From contig OZ250150.1 in the NCBI GenBank assembly GCA_965237675.1, forward strand, positions 3,136,001 through 3,200,000: a stretch of 64,000 nucleotides of DNA. Direction: 5' to 3'. The stretch comes from Candidatus Latescibacterota bacterium. Its GTDB lineage: Bacteria > Latescibacterota > UBA2968 > GCA-2709665. Under the pieces are notes generated by a model. That model did not search any database. It was not told where the DNA came from and saw only the letters and a list, made by a program, of their open reading frames with translations. The position numbers and the translations under genes were made by a program. Shown one piece after another: positions 8,605 through 19,624 of this stretch. Numbering within the stretch: position 1 is the stretch's first letter; each line of letters starts with the position of its first letter.

Positions 8605-11600
8605 TTATACGGGTTTCGCCGCTTGTTCGCCGGAGGCCAGTATCCGCATGCCTTTTTCGCGGTAAGCGGCTTTGTCGGCGGGACCGACGGTACGCCATAT
8701 GAGGAACTGTTTGCGCAGGGTGTTTATGAATCCCTGGTTGACCCGGCGCCACGACGCGACTTCACCGGAGAGGCGCCTGAGAGAGAGCGTCAGGGTGTAG
8801 ATGTTGAATTCGCCGGTGGGTTCCGCCTCGAAACGAAGCTCCTGGTTCACACCCAGATCGAAGGGCGCCAGCCAGAGGGTTGTTTGGATGGCGTACCCCT
8901 CCGGGTCGTCCGCGCTTCCGATCCGGTATAAGTGGGCCCCGTCCGTGTAAAATGCCCCTATGGCTTCGCCAGTGTGGGATCGGAAGTAGTCTGCGAGAAA
9001 GACGCAGAGCCCGAACACGTCATTGCCGCCAACCGTAAAGGGGAATTCGAACCGCCAGTCGTCGCCGTCCGGCTCGGGGATTTTCCACCGACGGGACACG
9101 TCCGGCACGGCCATCAGGGAAGCCTGGCGCGCCGGATAGACGGTGGACAGGATCACAACGGCCATAACCAGTACCGACGCGGCAACCGCGGACCGGGCGG
9201 AGTAGTTCAGCGTGACGCCGGAGAGCCAGTCCTGCCACAGCAGCAGTTTGGCAACGCCCTGACCCATCAGGTAGCCGCTCACCGTGCCGAGGACCGCGTA
9301 GACGCACGCTTCGGCAATAAAAAGAAAGGCAACGTGGACCGGAGCCAGGCCCACCGCCGAATAGACGCCGATTTCACGGAAACGTTCGTAAACCGATCCC
9401 ATCATGGTGTTCAGCACGATGAGGGAGGCGATGAGGATGGGGATAAAGAGGTTGCTCAACCCGCGGACCGAGGTGTCTCCGAGCGAACTGAAGACGGCAA
9501 CGTTGATACGCCCGTCCGCGTCCGGCAATCCCGCAAAGAGCACAACCGAGAGCCTGGAAAGGAGCTCCTTGACATAGAACTCCACGTCTGCCCCGGCATC
9601 AAAGCGCAGCGCAACCGATTGCAGCGGGCTGCCCACCTGGCGCAGGAACTTGTAGGGTACAATCAGGATATCGTCAGGGTTGATGTGTTCAAAGGGCATG
9701 ATTTCAACTTCCGGTTGTTCGAGGCCCTGTTTTTCCCGTGTCTCCTGGGTGGTCATCCGGGCGATGGATTCCTCGTCGGTGAGCTTGAAGTCCGCGGGAC
9801 TGAGGGGTTCCTCATCCAGGTCTTTGAGCCGATTGAACGCCTTGGCGTCGATCAGGCCGATAACCGGAAGCGATTCGCCGAAAATCCGGATGCGGGACGC
9901 CGCCAGGCGCCCCGGGTCGACACCGAGGAGGTCCGCCATCTTTTCGGGCAAGATGCAGGCGGTCTCGCCCGGACGGAACCAACGGCCGGTCTTCAGGGTG
10001 CGGTGGACGCCGGTAACGTCAGCCTCCTGGGGCGTCATTCCCAGGACGCCAAGAGCGTGGGTCGAGCGGGTTTCAGACTGGACGGGGATAATCTTCTTCT
10101 CCCGTGTGTAGTACCAACTCCGGGGGGCCGTTATGGCGGATTCCCCGAAATGGGTGACGGCGTAATCGTAAACGACGTCTTCGAGCGCGCCCCAGAATTT
10201 GCTGCGGATGAGCATACCCGGATAGGCGCCCTCGGTGTCTTTTGGAATCCGGTAATATTCAAGGGCCGATTTCATGGAGGTGAACGAGAGAACGGTGAAG
10301 GTGAGCAGCAGCAGTGTGGTAAACGTAAGCACGGTGCGCAGTTTGCGCCGTTTCATGTTCGCGATGCCAAGCTGGAAGGCCGCCATGGACGCGGATACTC
10401 GGCCGACGTCGGTTTCGTGCAGAAGCACTTCCGGGACCCGTAACCGCCGCATGTTTTCGTTGAAGCGCTTGAAGACCAGCGCAATGACGAATGCCGCCAG
10501 CGCCAGAATAACGAAGGCGAGCAGGACGACCATCGGATTGGAGATCTCGAATGCCGGATGAACTCTTGAAAGAAAGAGCCAGATGACCAAAAAGATGCCC
10601 GTAAATCCGACGATCTGTCTTCGGATATCCACGGCGGCGAAAATAAGGCGTTCGGCGAAAAATGCGCATGGGATAACCAGGGCCATGAAGAAAACGATAC
10701 CGCGGACCACACCGTTCTGTGTGTCTTTGACATCCGGATAGGCGCGGGATTCGATGCCGAGCGCCGCCCGCGTGTGTTTCATAAAGTCATCCCAGCGTTT
10801 TGCGGACATCGCGTCCTCAGCCAATTTGAGGTGTTGGCCGGCCTGGCTGTGGAGCAGGTCCAGGCGCTGGTTTTCAATGGCGTATTTCTTCATCTCCCGT
10901 ATACGGGCTTCGTTCAGGATCCACATGTCCCGCGCGGCCCGAAAGGACGTCCGTACAAACGAACCGTGGGTGAAGGTGGGGTACCCGCGGCCACGGGCAA
11001 TTTCCTCACTTTCCGCGCTGTGAGCGTTCAGCAACAGGTACCGGATGCCAATGTCGCCTGAGCCTGCGGTGATGTCGCCCGCGCGCATGGCGATTTTGAC
11101 CCTCTCGCCGGGTTGCGTGAACAGGGTGCCTACGGGTTCTGTCGGACCGAATCCGATGGCGTAACCGTATTCCTGCGGCGTGACGTTGCCGCTTCCGTAA
11201 ACGCTGATCTGCGAGAGTTTGGTGAGGTAACGTGGATCGACGGTATCGTAAAAGTCTGTGGCGACGCAGGGGAATAAAATGAGATTTCGCTTGGAGATCC
11301 ACCAGTCCATATCGAAGTTACCCCGGTAGATACGCGCCTGCTGTCCAAAGTTGGGGGCGTAAGTGATTTCGCCGGTGTCCGGATCCAGGTAGTACGCGCT
11401 GACGGAGACACGGCGTTCGGCGATCCCGGGCATGTAGAATTCGCCGTTTTCGTCCGCCAGGTCGTAATAGATGCGGCGAACGCCCTTGATGGACTTGTCG
11501 ATGCCCATACGCAGCGCGGCGATCGCGCCCTTTTTGGGACGGTCGGGTACGATGCTGCGCCTCGGATAGGTTCGCACGAATCCCTTAAGCCCGCGCATAC

Positions 11601-13140
11601 GGTCGTCCGGGTTGAGTCGGTAGTCCGGGATGAGCGTGGGGTCGTTCAGGGCAATGTCGAGAACGCCGGTGATCAGTCGAATCTGCCTGGTGAGGTTCTC
11701 AAAGTTGACCCGATCCGGCTGGTCCAGCGGCGTATCGACGCGAAAACGGGCGTCGTTCAAGGTGACCAGAGACAGGGAGAGGGTGCCGGCTTCGAGAACC
11801 ACTTCGCCGTCGGTTTTCAGGTTTTTGCCGGGCATGTACATGTCCCAGGTCATTCCGCCCGTGGGATTGATGCCGTCAAGCAGCGCCTGCCTGGGGTCGA
11901 GCCCGAAGCCGGGCGCGATGGCTTTGGAGATCCTGACGAATTTCTTGCCGAACGGCGTGAAGAACCGGTTGTAATAAAAGTTGCGCGTGCTGTTCCAGAC
12001 GCCGATCTGGGAGGTCTGGCTGGAGAGGTCCAGTCCAATGAAGAGCCGAATGTCGATGGGATCTGTCATCAGGGCCGCAAAGTGTCGTTCCTTCCTGGCG
12101 TGACGGCCCAGAAAATCGCAGATTCCGCGAAAGCCCAGGTGGTGGGCGGAAGTGGCCAGAAAGAGCACCGTACGCCCCGTCGGATATCGATGAAAGTAGT
12201 TGACCAATTCAAGCAGTGCGACGGCGCCGCTGGCCATCTCAGCGCCCGGGGCGAGGGCGGGCACAACGGACATGGCGTCGTAGTACGCGTTGATCACGAC
12301 GATCTGGTCCCGGAGATCCGGATCCGTGCCCGGCAGAAAGCCCAGAATATTGTGGGCGGTGTGGTTCTCCCAATCCATTTTCGCGTTCAGTTCGATTTCC
12401 AGTTCGCCGTACCGTGCCAGCAACCGTTTGAGGGCCTGCCCCGACTGTTTGTCGATCCAGAAGCGTTCCACGCTGTTTGGCACCTGCAGGAATTTCTGTT
12501 CGGCTTCGGTGTAAAACGTGGAGTCCGGTTCAATGAAGATAATTTGTCCCGCCCCGAGGGTGGCCGCGTTGAGCCAGTTGTTCCGGGTGTTGAATTCCAT
12601 CAGGACGGCCGCCGCCTCAAGTGTGTGACCGTTGAAGTCGGAAAATTCGCCGTTCGCCCCGTAGATCAGGCGCGTGCGAACCCCTCCCCGCGGCAGGGTG
12701 GAGGTCTTGACCAGGTTCGGCCAGATGGCGTGAATGGCAAACGTGGTATTGTCGCGCAACAGGGTCAGACTACCGCCCTTGTCGATGGGGGCGGTGACGT
12801 CGAAGGGCTCGGCGCGGACGTCCTGGAGGCCGGCGCGCTCGAAAGTTTGGCGGATATAGTCTGCGGCGGCGTTGTGGCCGGGATATCCCGGAATTCGGGA
12901 ACCATGTTCCGTAAAGCGGGCCATGTGGGCCCGCACGCCTTCATGCGAGACCGTATCCAGGACGCGGACCGATGTCTCGCCGGCTCCCGGGACCGGCAAG
13001 GACGGCGAGGGTTGGGGCGTCTGCAGGCCCAACAGGGAGGAAAGAAGCGGGTTGACGCGTTCCGGGCCCACCGCCAGGCCGATAAAGGCGGCGGCGGTGA
13101 GCAAGAGCGCCACGGCGGATGCGATACGGCGGTTTTTCAT
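8605..13140 (-). CDS. Very large FtsX/MacB-like ABC permease with an N-terminal M28-peptidase-like extracytoplasmic domain
   Basis: N-terminal signal/TM, HGSRIPGYPG, HNILGFLPG..VVINAYYD..APGA (M28-like fold), NMKRRKLRTVLT and GSVYERFREIGVYSAVG..FIAEA (FtsX signature). Start MKNRR inferred. Confidence 0.8.
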   Translation of the reverse strand: MKNRRIASAVALLLTAAAFIGLAVGPERVNPLLSSLLGLQTPQPSPSLPVPGAGETSVRVLDTVSHEGVRAHMARFTEHGSRIPGYPGHNAAADYIRQTFERAGLQDVRAEPFDVTAPIDKGGSLTLLRDNTTFAIHAIWPNLVKTSTLPRGGVRTRLIYGANGEFSDFNGHTLEAAAVLMEFNTRNNWLNAATLGAGQIIFIEPDSTFYTEAEQKFLQVPNSVERFWIDKQSGQALKRLLARYGELEIELNAKMDWENHTAHNILGFLPGTDPDLRDQIVVINAYYDAMSVVPALAPGAEMASGAVALLELVNYFHRYPTGRTVLFLATSAHHLGFRGICDFLGRHARKERHFAALMTDPIDIRLFIGLDLSSQTSQIGVWNSTRNFYYNRFFTPFGKKFVRISKAIAPGFGLDPRQALLDGINPTGGMTWDMYMPGKNLKTDGEVVLEAGTLSLSLVTLNDARFRVDTPLDQPDRVNFENLTRQIRLITGVLDIALNDPTLIPDYRLNPDDRMRGLKGFVRTYPRRSIVPDRPKKGAIAALRMGIDKSIKGVRRIYYDLADENGEFYMPGIAERRVSVSAYYLDPDTGEITYAPNFGQQARIYRGNFDMDWWISKRNLILFPCVATDFYDTVDPRYLTKLSQISVYGSGNVTPQEYGYAIGFGPTEPVGTLFTQPGERVKIAMRAGDITAGSGDIGIRYLLLNAHSAESEEIARGRGYPTFTHGSFVRTSFRAARDMWILNEARIREMKKYAIENQRLDLLHSQAGQHLKLAEDAMSAKRWDDFMKHTRAALGIESRAYPDVKDTQNGVVRGIVFFMALVIPCAFFAERLIFAAVDIRRQIVGFTGIFLVIWLFLSRVHPAFEISNPMVVLLAFVILALAAFVIALVFKRFNENMRRLRVPEVLLHETDVGRVSASMAAFQLGIANMKRRKLRTVLTFTTLLLLTFTVLSFTSMKSALEYYRIPKDTEGAYPGMLIRSKFWGALEDVVYDYAVTHFGESAITAPRSWYYTREKKIIPVQSETRSTHALGVLGMTPQEADVTGVHRTLKTGRWFRPGETACILPEKMADLLGVDPGRLAASRIRIFGESLPVIGLIDAKAFNRLKDLDEEPLSPADFKLTDEESIARMTTQETREKQGLEQPEVEIMPFEHINPDDILIVPYKFLRQVGSPLQSVALRFDAGADVEFYVKELLSRLSVVLFAGLPDADGRINVAVFSSLGDTSVRGLSNLFIPILIASLIVLNTMMGSVYERFREIGVYSAVGLAPVHVAFLFIAEACVYAVLGTVSGYLMGQGVAKLLLWQDWLSGVTLNYSARSAVAASVLVMAVVILSTVYPARQASLMAVPDVSRRWKIPEPDGDDWRFEFPFTVGGNDVFGLCVFLADYFRSHTGEAIGAFYTDGAHLYRIGSADDPEGYAIQTTLWLAPFDLGVNQELRFEAEPTGEFNIYTLTLSLRRLSGEVASWRRVNQGFINTLRKQFLIWRTVGPADKAAYREKGMRILASGEQAAKPV

Positions 13141-13245
13141 TGGAAAATACGCAAAAGCTCCTGTAGAACTGCGATTGATGGGCTGTGCTGCCACATAGAT
13201 ACACGCTGCGGGCGCCGTTCGGCGAAGACCTCGCGTGCGTGCAGA

Positions 13246-15252
13246 TCAATATCGATGAACGCTGTGGCCGCGCTCCGGGAACCACAGGATGTCAATGAAA
13301 GCGGAGAGGGCAACGCCCAACACATAGCCGGTGAGCAGGCCGATGAAGAGGGGGCGGGACTTTCTGAAAAACGAAGGCCCCCCCACCTTGAGCATCACCA
13401 ATTTGACGAGCCAGGCAAGAAGGATGGTCAAGCCGGTCCGGCGGGCGAGGTACGATCCGGAGATTGCCATACCGATCGGATGCAGCGGCCACCAGACGAA
13501 TCGATGCCGCAGGTAAATGAGCAGGAGCGTGACCAGGCCGCCCAGGCCGAAAAACACCACCTGTTCAGGGTGTTCGCGGTAAACGGGCGGATCCGGCTTT
13601 TTTTCGAGGAAGTTCTTGATGGAAGTCGCGGTGCCTTCGAAATGTTTGGGTCCCGCACGTACGATCTCCCATGAGTTGAAGTTGTACGCACCGTCTCGGT
13701 ATCCCAGATGGATCGTGAGCAGTACGCTGACGCCATAGCTGGTCAAAAAGGCCATCCCGACGGCCAGCATGAGCTTTCTGCGGTCGCCCCGAACGCCCTC
13801 AGCCACGCGCCCCGCGTGGGCAAGCGCCGGCAGGAAGAGACCCTTGAAATGGGACGTAATCCTGGACGCGAACCGGAGGGCGACCCGCGTACTTGCGTTG
13901 ACCGCGGGTCCCTCGAGAAAGGGCGCCACGAGGCCCCAGGGGCCGGCGGGGACGTTCGTGTACGGCATGCCGGTTTCGGCGAGAATTTTAGCCATGCCGA
14001 CGTAGGTGAAGATCACAGCCGGGAGGAGGAGGGATGCCAGCAGCGGATCAAAGCCGATGCGCGTGAGCCAGAGCCACATGTATCCCAGGCCCACGAGCAG
14101 GGCGATAACAGCCGTCCGATAGGAGAGCGGTTCGTCCCGGTCGTCCAGGGGATCGTTCTTGCGCCATGCTTTGCGGACCACATCCCTAATGTGACGTCTG
14201 GCAACCCAGAAAACCGAGGCGGCCAGCACAACAAATGCGCCCTTGGTCTGCCAGTAATAGACGCCTCGGTAATAGTAGGGGGAAATGGCCGTAAACCCTC
14301 GCCGGTGCAGCCAGCCGCCTTCGAAGATAAACAGCAGGTCAAAAAACCAGATGCTGAAGAGTATGTCCAGGCTGGCGAAGTAAGAAAAAAAGATGGTGAA
14401 GAGTCCCAGGAAACGAAACACTGGCGGATGCTGCCGGTCGATCCAGTACCAACTCCCGCGGTAGATGGGAAACCGCGGAAAGCCGGGCAGGAAGTAGTTG
14501 ATGCAGTTCCACGCGATCATCCCGAAGGCCAGTCCGAACCCGATCCAGAACAGGTAATTCCTGGTGAAGTCCGGCAGCACGAATTTACCTCTGCCCGGAT
14601 TCTCCACCATGTTGACCAGGGGCGCCATGGCGGGAAAAGCCAGCCGCTCGTTTTGTACCCATTGTTTGCGAAAAACGACGGCGACACACGCCAGAACCAC
14701 GAATGCGGCAACGATGAACGTGGTCCACCACAGCAGCGGAAGGACCCACGCGGCCCAGGGGATCTGCGCGCCCCTGGGGATGCCCTCGAAAAACCAGGTC
14801 ACCGCTTTGTTTTCGTCCGAAGGGACGAGCCACGGATTGATATAAGGATGCAGGTACGTGGCCCATTCGTTGACTTCGGTGGCGAAATAATATGGTGCCG
14901 CGATGTAACCGATCAGGTATCCGCTGATGCCGAAGCCGGGTATGGCGGCGCCCACAACGCCCATGGCCAGGATGGTATGCCATTCCGATTGTGAGAGCTG
15001 CCATCGGGTAAAACGTGCGATCAACGCGCCGATGACGATCATCAGTACAAACACAATGAGCATGGCCATCGGTACATGGCTGTAGGTCATTAACGAGCCG
15101 CCCACGACGTACCGGATGTGGATCGCCAGGGCGTCCAGGCCGACGACCAGCACCAGGCCCGAAATGACGGATCGGACCGTGACGCCGGGGGACCTTTCGG
15201 AGGGGACTTCGTCCGGTTTGCCGGATTGTACGATTCTCTGTGGGTTGGCCAT
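13246..15252 (-). CDS. Uncharacterised multipass membrane protein (DUF6785/DUF6784-like, OPT-related)
   Basis: Mostly hydrophobic helices, KQWVQNERLAFP, WWPLHPIG and RKSRPLFIGL motifs recalled from this family. Confidence 0.75.
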   Translation of the reverse strand: MANPQRIVQSGKPDEVPSERSPGVTVRSVISGLVLVVGLDALAIHIRYVVGGSLMTYSHVPMAMLIVFVLMIVIGALIARFTRWQLSQSEWHTILAMGVVGAAIPGFGISGYLIGYIAAPYYFATEVNEWATYLHPYINPWLVPSDENKAVTWFFEGIPRGAQIPWAAWVLPLLWWTTFIVAAFVVLACVAVVFRKQWVQNERLAFPAMAPLVNMVENPGRGKFVLPDFTRNYLFWIGFGLAFGMIAWNCINYFLPGFPRFPIYRGSWYWIDRQHPPVFRFLGLFTIFFSYFASLDILFSIWFFDLLFIFEGGWLHRRGFTAISPYYYRGVYYWQTKGAFVVLAASVFWVARRHIRDVVRKAWRKNDPLDDRDEPLSYRTAVIALLVGLGYMWLWLTRIGFDPLLASLLLPAVIFTYVGMAKILAETGMPYTNVPAGPWGLVAPFLEGPAVNASTRVALRFASRITSHFKGLFLPALAHAGRVAEGVRGDRRKLMLAVGMAFLTSYGVSVLLTIHLGYRDGAYNFNSWEIVRAGPKHFEGTATSIKNFLEKKPDPPVYREHPEQVVFFGLGGLVTLLLIYLRHRFVWWPLHPIGMAISGSYLARRTGLTILLAWLVKLVMLKVGGPSFFRKSRPLFIGLLTGYVLGVALSAFIDILWFPERGHSVHRY

Positions 15253-15428
15253 CGTTGGGAGTTGGGTGTTGACAGATTGGGCGTTTTTTCCGGTATGAGG
15301 CGTTCAGGCCGGGTGTTCCGCCTGGTTTCTGCGCGAGAATACTGTCACGGTTGAGGCGTTAACGTGTGTTTGCTCTGTCTCCCGGGATTGTCAAGACGGC
15401 CGGACCGTAGAAAACGGTTGCAAGTGTC

Positions 15429-15457
15429 TTGACATCCGTGGGAGGTTTTGTTAGATT
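15429..15457 (+). promoter_or_regulatory. Sigma70 promoter of tRNA-Phe
   Basis: TTGACA-17 nt-TAGATT. Confidence 0.7.
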
Positions 15458-15504
15458 TCCGCGTTTGTCGCACAACGGGAACGTTGCGTTTTCCCGGCGA
15501 ATGG

Positions 15505-15580
<76 letters not shown>

Positions 15581-15712
15581 ATCTTTCGTGCAGGAATATC
15601 CGGACAACCTTCCATCTGCCCTTGCAACAAGGGGCTGATGGGAGCCGCTAACGATGCCGCGGGTCGCCAGTTTTATCCGGGGGACGAAGCAATTTCCCGG
15701 GCTCGGAGGTCA

Positions 15713-15895
15713 ATGATGGCTGTTCCCGAACACATCGTGAGTCGCGACCGCCTGATTGAATGCGTTCAAGACGGCCGGACACCCGAACAAATTGCGGCGA
15801 TGTTCCGCGTCGACGCCGCCATCATTCGAGATATGATCCGTCGACTCGAGCAGAACGGATATTACGACTTGCTATATGGAAAAGAAGGGCGTTAG
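15713..15895 (+). CDS. Small helix-turn-helix protein (~60 aa)
   Basis: GGAGGT RBS; TPEQIAAMFRVDAAIIRDMIRRLEQNG is HTH-like; followed by a terminator. Confidence 0.6.
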   Translation: MMAVPEHIVSRDRLIECVQDGRTPEQIAAMFRVDAAIIRDMIRRLEQNGYYDLLYGKEGR

Positions 15896-15967
15896 AGGCC
15901 GGCCGTCAACCGGTTTTCGGGATGACTCCCGAACAGAGGCAGGACTGGCTTCCAGGACCCGGTGAAC

Positions 15968-16009
15968 AAGAAAAGGCGTTCGTCGTTCTGACGGACGCCT
16001 TTTTTCTTT
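15968..16009. terminator. Bidirectional rho-independent terminator
   Basis: AAAAGGCGTTCGTC-gttct-GACGGACGCCTTTTTT between convergent genes. Confidence 0.8.
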
Positions 16010-16022
16010 GTGGTGTTGCGTA

Positions 16023-16811
16023 TCAGTTGCTCAGTTCTTCGATATCCAGGCCTTCGATTCTTCCTTCCTGAATGTCGATTTCGTCGCGCCTCCGCACCAG
16101 ATCCACCTGTCCGTCGCGCAGGTCCACAACGCGGTCGGATGCGTCCAGCATCTTGTGGTCGTGCGTGTTTGTGACGATGGTGACGCCACTCTCCGACTGG
16201 AGTCTTTGCAGCAACTCGATGATTTCCTGACCGGTCTTGAGGTCCAGGTTGCCCGTGGGTTCATCTGCCAGAACCAGGTCCGGGTCGTTGGCGATCGCGC
16301 GGGCGATTGCCACGCGCTGCTGCTGGCCACCCGAGAGTTCATACGGGTTGTGGTGAAGGCGTTCACCCAGACCCACGAGTGAGAGTTTGTGGGCGGCCTT
16401 TTTCTCGTATTCCAATTTCTTCATTCCCGAAAACACCATGGGCAACGCGACGTTTTCGAGGGCGGTCATTACGGGGATCAGGTTGAAGCTCTGGAAAATG
16501 TATCCGATATTGTGGCAGCGCAGGTACGCAATTTGCGCCTGGCTCAAGGTATCCATTTCTATAGCGTTGACCGCTACCGTGCCCTTGGTGGGGCGGTCCA
16601 GGGCGCCAACCATATTGAACAGCGTCGTCTTACCGGAGCCTGAGGGGCCCATGATGGAGAGGTACTCTCCCCGGATGACATTCAGAGAGACGCCCCGAAG
16701 TGCATGGACCTCCTGGTCTCCCATTATATAGGTCTTCCAGACGTCGTGCACCTCAATGATGTAGTCTTCACTTACGGGATCTGTGGATTGGGCACCGGGC
16801 GCAGAGGCCAT
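16023..16811 (-). CDS. ABC transporter ATP-binding protein (LolD/MacB type)
   Basis: GPSGSGKT Walker [15 protein letters not shown] signature, [11 protein letters not shown]-loop THD. Confidence 0.95.
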   Translation of the reverse strand: MASAPGAQSTDPVSEDYIIEVHDVWKTYIMGDQEVHALRGVSLNVIRGEYLSIMGPSGSGKTTLFNMVGALDRPTKGTVAVNAIEMDTLSQAQIAYLRCHNIGYIFQSFNLIPVMTALENVALPMVFSGMKKLEYEKKAAHKLSLVGLGERLHHNPYELSGGQQQRVAIARAIANDPDLVLADEPTGNLDLKTGQEIIELLQRLQSESGVTIVTNTHDHKMLDASDRVVDLRDGQVDLVRRRDEIDIQEGRIEGLDIEELSN

Positions 16812-17117
16812 AATGGCTTCTCCTGAACGTTTTCCTTGGATTTTTGAGATAGCCCGATTATGTTAGAGAAAATCGGGGCTTCTGTCAAGGGTTTTGTCAC
16901 AACCGGAATGATGTCGTATTCGTCCCCGCCGCGAAATCATGTCTGTGATCTTCCAGGCCGGGTCGGTTCCGTGGCCGGAAATCCTCCTGGCAGGCGCCGC
17001 GTCCGATTCGCGCCGAGTGTCGTCCCGGTGCGAGGCCATGATGGTCCGATTGCAGCGTCCAACCACGGCGGCCGATGATCGGCTGGAATTCCGGCTGGAC
17101 GCCAGGAGGTGTCGGCT

Positions 17118-17945
17118 ATGAAGCTTGCGGTCTGCAATGAGTTCTTCGAAGGTTGGGAGATCGAGCGGGTGTTCGACTATGCCGCGCTTATCGGATGCGC
17201 CGGGGTGGAGATCGCGCCATTCACGCTGGCGGAGTCGGTCCACGGCATTTCATCCGCCAGCAGGCGGAACATCCGCCGGGCGGCGGCAGGGGCGGGTGTG
17301 GAGATCGTGGGGCTGCACTGGTTGCTGGTAAAACCCGCCGGGTTATATATCAACCATCCGGATCGGCAGATCTGGAAGCGCACGCAGGAATACGTAAAGG
17401 CGCTGATCGATTTCTGCGGGGACCTGGGGGGAAGCGTGATGATTCACGGCTCACCCCAGCAGCGGAATATTCAGGAGGGTTGGGACGCGGAGGACTGTTT
17501 TGCTCGGGCGGCGGAACTGTTTGCCGGTTGCACGGATCTGATGGCCGATCGGGGCGTAACGTATTGCATCGAGCCGCTTACGGATCAGGAGACCAATTTC
17601 GTAACCAGCGTGGCCGGGGCCTTGAAGCTGGTCGAGGCGGTCGGGCATCCGAATTTTCAGACGATGGTTGACTGCCGGGCAGCTGCCTCGGAGGAACGAC
17701 CCCATACCGAGGTGATCGCCCAGGCCGGAATGGCCATGCGGCATGTGCATGTAAACGACCCGAATCTGCGAGGACCCGGATTCGGAGACCTTCAATTTAC
17801 GCCCATCATGAGGGCGCTGCAGGATCAGGATTACAATGGATACGTCTCGGTTGAGGTGTTCGAATTCGATCCGGATCCGCAGACGATCGCCGCCCGCAGT
17901 ATCGGCTATCTGAAAGGGATTCTCGAGGCCCTTGCCCCCGGATGA
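17118..17945 (+). CDS. Sugar phosphate isomerase/epimerase (ketose 3-epimerase-like TIM barrel)
   Basis: GVEIAPF, HGSPQQR, IEPL..ETNF, HVHVND, SVEVF; AGGAGG RBS. Confidence 0.88.
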   Translation: MKLAVCNEFFEGWEIERVFDYAALIGCAGVEIAPFTLAESVHGISSASRRNIRRAAAGAGVEIVGLHWLLVKPAGLYINHPDRQIWKRTQEYVKALIDFCGDLGGSVMIHGSPQQRNIQEGWDAEDCFARAAELFAGCTDLMADRGVTYCIEPLTDQETNFVTSVAGALKLVEAVGHPNFQTMVDCRAAASEERPHTEVIAQAGMAMRHVHVNDPNLRGPGFGDLQFTPIMRALQDQDYNGYVSVEVFEFDPDPQTIAARSIGYLKGILEALAPG

Positions 17946-18089
17946 AACGCCGCGGTGTCAAAGCGCCCGCCCGGATTCAGGTGCATGCGCCGGGTTCTGG
18001 TGTGTCCTGCGATCGCCAATATTTGATATTCGATGGGATAAGTCAAAACGGCGTGAACCGGCGCACAGTTCCGCCGTCTCCGGGTGGGA

Positions 18090-19526
18090 TCAGAATTCAC
18101 CGGCGCCGTCTGCCGGAATCGGCGTGAGGCGCAATACGGTACCGGGGTTGTTCAGAACGACGTAGATTGCGCCGTCCGGTCCACTCGCCACGTCCCGCAC
18201 GCGGCCGGCATTCTTGAGGATGGTTTCCTGGTAGATCACACGGTCGTTCTCAACCGTGAGGAGTCGGACTTCCTCATACGCGAGGGCGCCCACGAGAAGC
18301 CGGTTCTTCCACCTGGGAAAAAGATCTCCGCGGTAAAAATCGATGCCACAGACGGCGATGGAGGGGCGCCAGAACAGGACGGGTTGCTCCAGGCCGGGCT
18401 TGCGTTCGAATTCCGAGACGAGGGTTCCGTTGTAGTTTCGGCCGTAAGTGACCTCCGGCCAGCCGTAGTTGATTCCAGCCCGGATCAGGTTGATTTCATC
18501 CCCGCCCATCGGCCCGTGTTCGCTTTCCCATACAGCGCCTGAAGCCGGATGCACCGCCAGGCCCTGCGGGTTGCGCTGGCCGTAGCTGAAGACGGTGGGG
18601 AGGGCGCCATCCTGATTGACGAAGGGGTTGTCCGGAGGAATCCGGCCGTCCCTGTGAATGCGGTGAATTTTGCCCGAGGGTCGGCTCAGATCCTGCGCGT
18701 GCCGGGGGATTCCACGGTCCCCGATCGGGAAGTAGAGATAGCCCGCCGGGTCGAAGACGATCCGGCAGCCGTAATGGTGTCGCGTTATTCCATAGGCCTC
18801 GTGAGGGGCTTCATAGATGACCTGCTGGTCTGTCCATGCGTTGTCTTTCAGACGACCTCGTACAAGGCGCGTCATGGCGGGTGGGCGTTGGATGTTGGCG
18901 GTGTCCGTGAGCACATGGCTGTAAGACAGGTAGATCCAGCCGTTTTCCGCATAGGCGGGATCGACGGCCACGTCCATAAGACCGCCCTGTCCCTGATGCA
19001 GAACCTGTGGCGTAGCCGACGCCGGTTCGGGTCGAAGCACGCCGTTCCTGACCACGCGAAGCCTTCCGGGCCGCTCGGTGATGAGCGCTGTGGCGGCATC
19101 CGCAAAGTCAATCGCCCAGGGTATCTGCAGGCCCTCTACCCAGCGTTCGACGCGGATCCGATAGTCATACGTGTCCAGGGTGTCGGGAATGGGGGGTTTG
19201 GTGGCGCCGGCAGACTTTTCGACCTCCCGGATATATGCCGAGAGGGCGTTGATCTGGCCCTGCGAGAGTACTTCCCCGAACGCCGGCATACCCTGCTGGA
19301 CAATGCCGAATCTGATGTTCCGGGCGATGTTCCCACGTCCGCCGTAGATCCAGACGCCGTCAATCAGACTGGGTGCGTTGACGCCCTCCAGGTTCTTTCC
19401 GTGGCAGGACCCGCAATACTGGCGATAGAGGGTTTGGCCGTCGGAAGACGGTTCGCCGGCCGCACGCGGGGGGTGGTAGAGAGCGGACAGTGCGCACAGC
19501 AGGAAGCAGCCTGACACACGCAGCAT
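18090..19526 (-). CDS. PQQ-dependent glucose/sorbosone dehydrogenase with N-terminal cytochrome c
   Basis: Signal peptide, CGSCH heme motif with distal MPAF, then ITERPG, GQGGLMDV, GQRNPQG, EHGPMGGDEIN, NYGWP. Confidence 0.9.
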   Translation of the reverse strand: MLRVSGCFLLCALSALYHPPRAAGEPSSDGQTLYRQYCGSCHGKNLEGVNAPSLIDGVWIYGGRGNIARNIRFGIVQQGMPAFGEVLSQGQINALSAYIREVEKSAGATKPPIPDTLDTYDYRIRVERWVEGLQIPWAIDFADAATALITERPGRLRVVRNGVLRPEPASATPQVLHQGQGGLMDVAVDPAYAENGWIYLSYSHVLTDTANIQRPPAMTRLVRGRLKDNAWTDQQVIYEAPHEAYGITRHHYGCRIVFDPAGYLYFPIGDRGIPRHAQDLSRPSGKIHRIHRDGRIPPDNPFVNQDGALPTVFSYGQRNPQGLAVHPASGAVWESEHGPMGGDEINLIRAGINYGWPEVTYGRNYNGTLVSEFERKPGLEQPVLFWRPSIAVCGIDFYRGDLFPRWKNRLLVGALAYEEVRLLTVENDRVIYQETILKNAGRVRDVASGPDGAIYVVLNNPGTVLRLTPIPADGAGEF

Positions 19527-19624
19527 AAATCCTCCTTTGACGTCGTCGTTGAAGTCTCAGGTTAAGGTTGGCCGCAGGACGAGCGTTTCGCTCCACATCC
19601 TGCGGACACAGGCCGAGGAATCCT

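Noticed and set aside
6696-14994. Several 400-530-aa alternative ORFs (6696..8111, 6709..8268, 8932..10443, 12082..13674, 13708..14994)
   Set aside because: They overlap well-supported membrane-protein genes in other frames or strands and have low-complexity or implausible composition.
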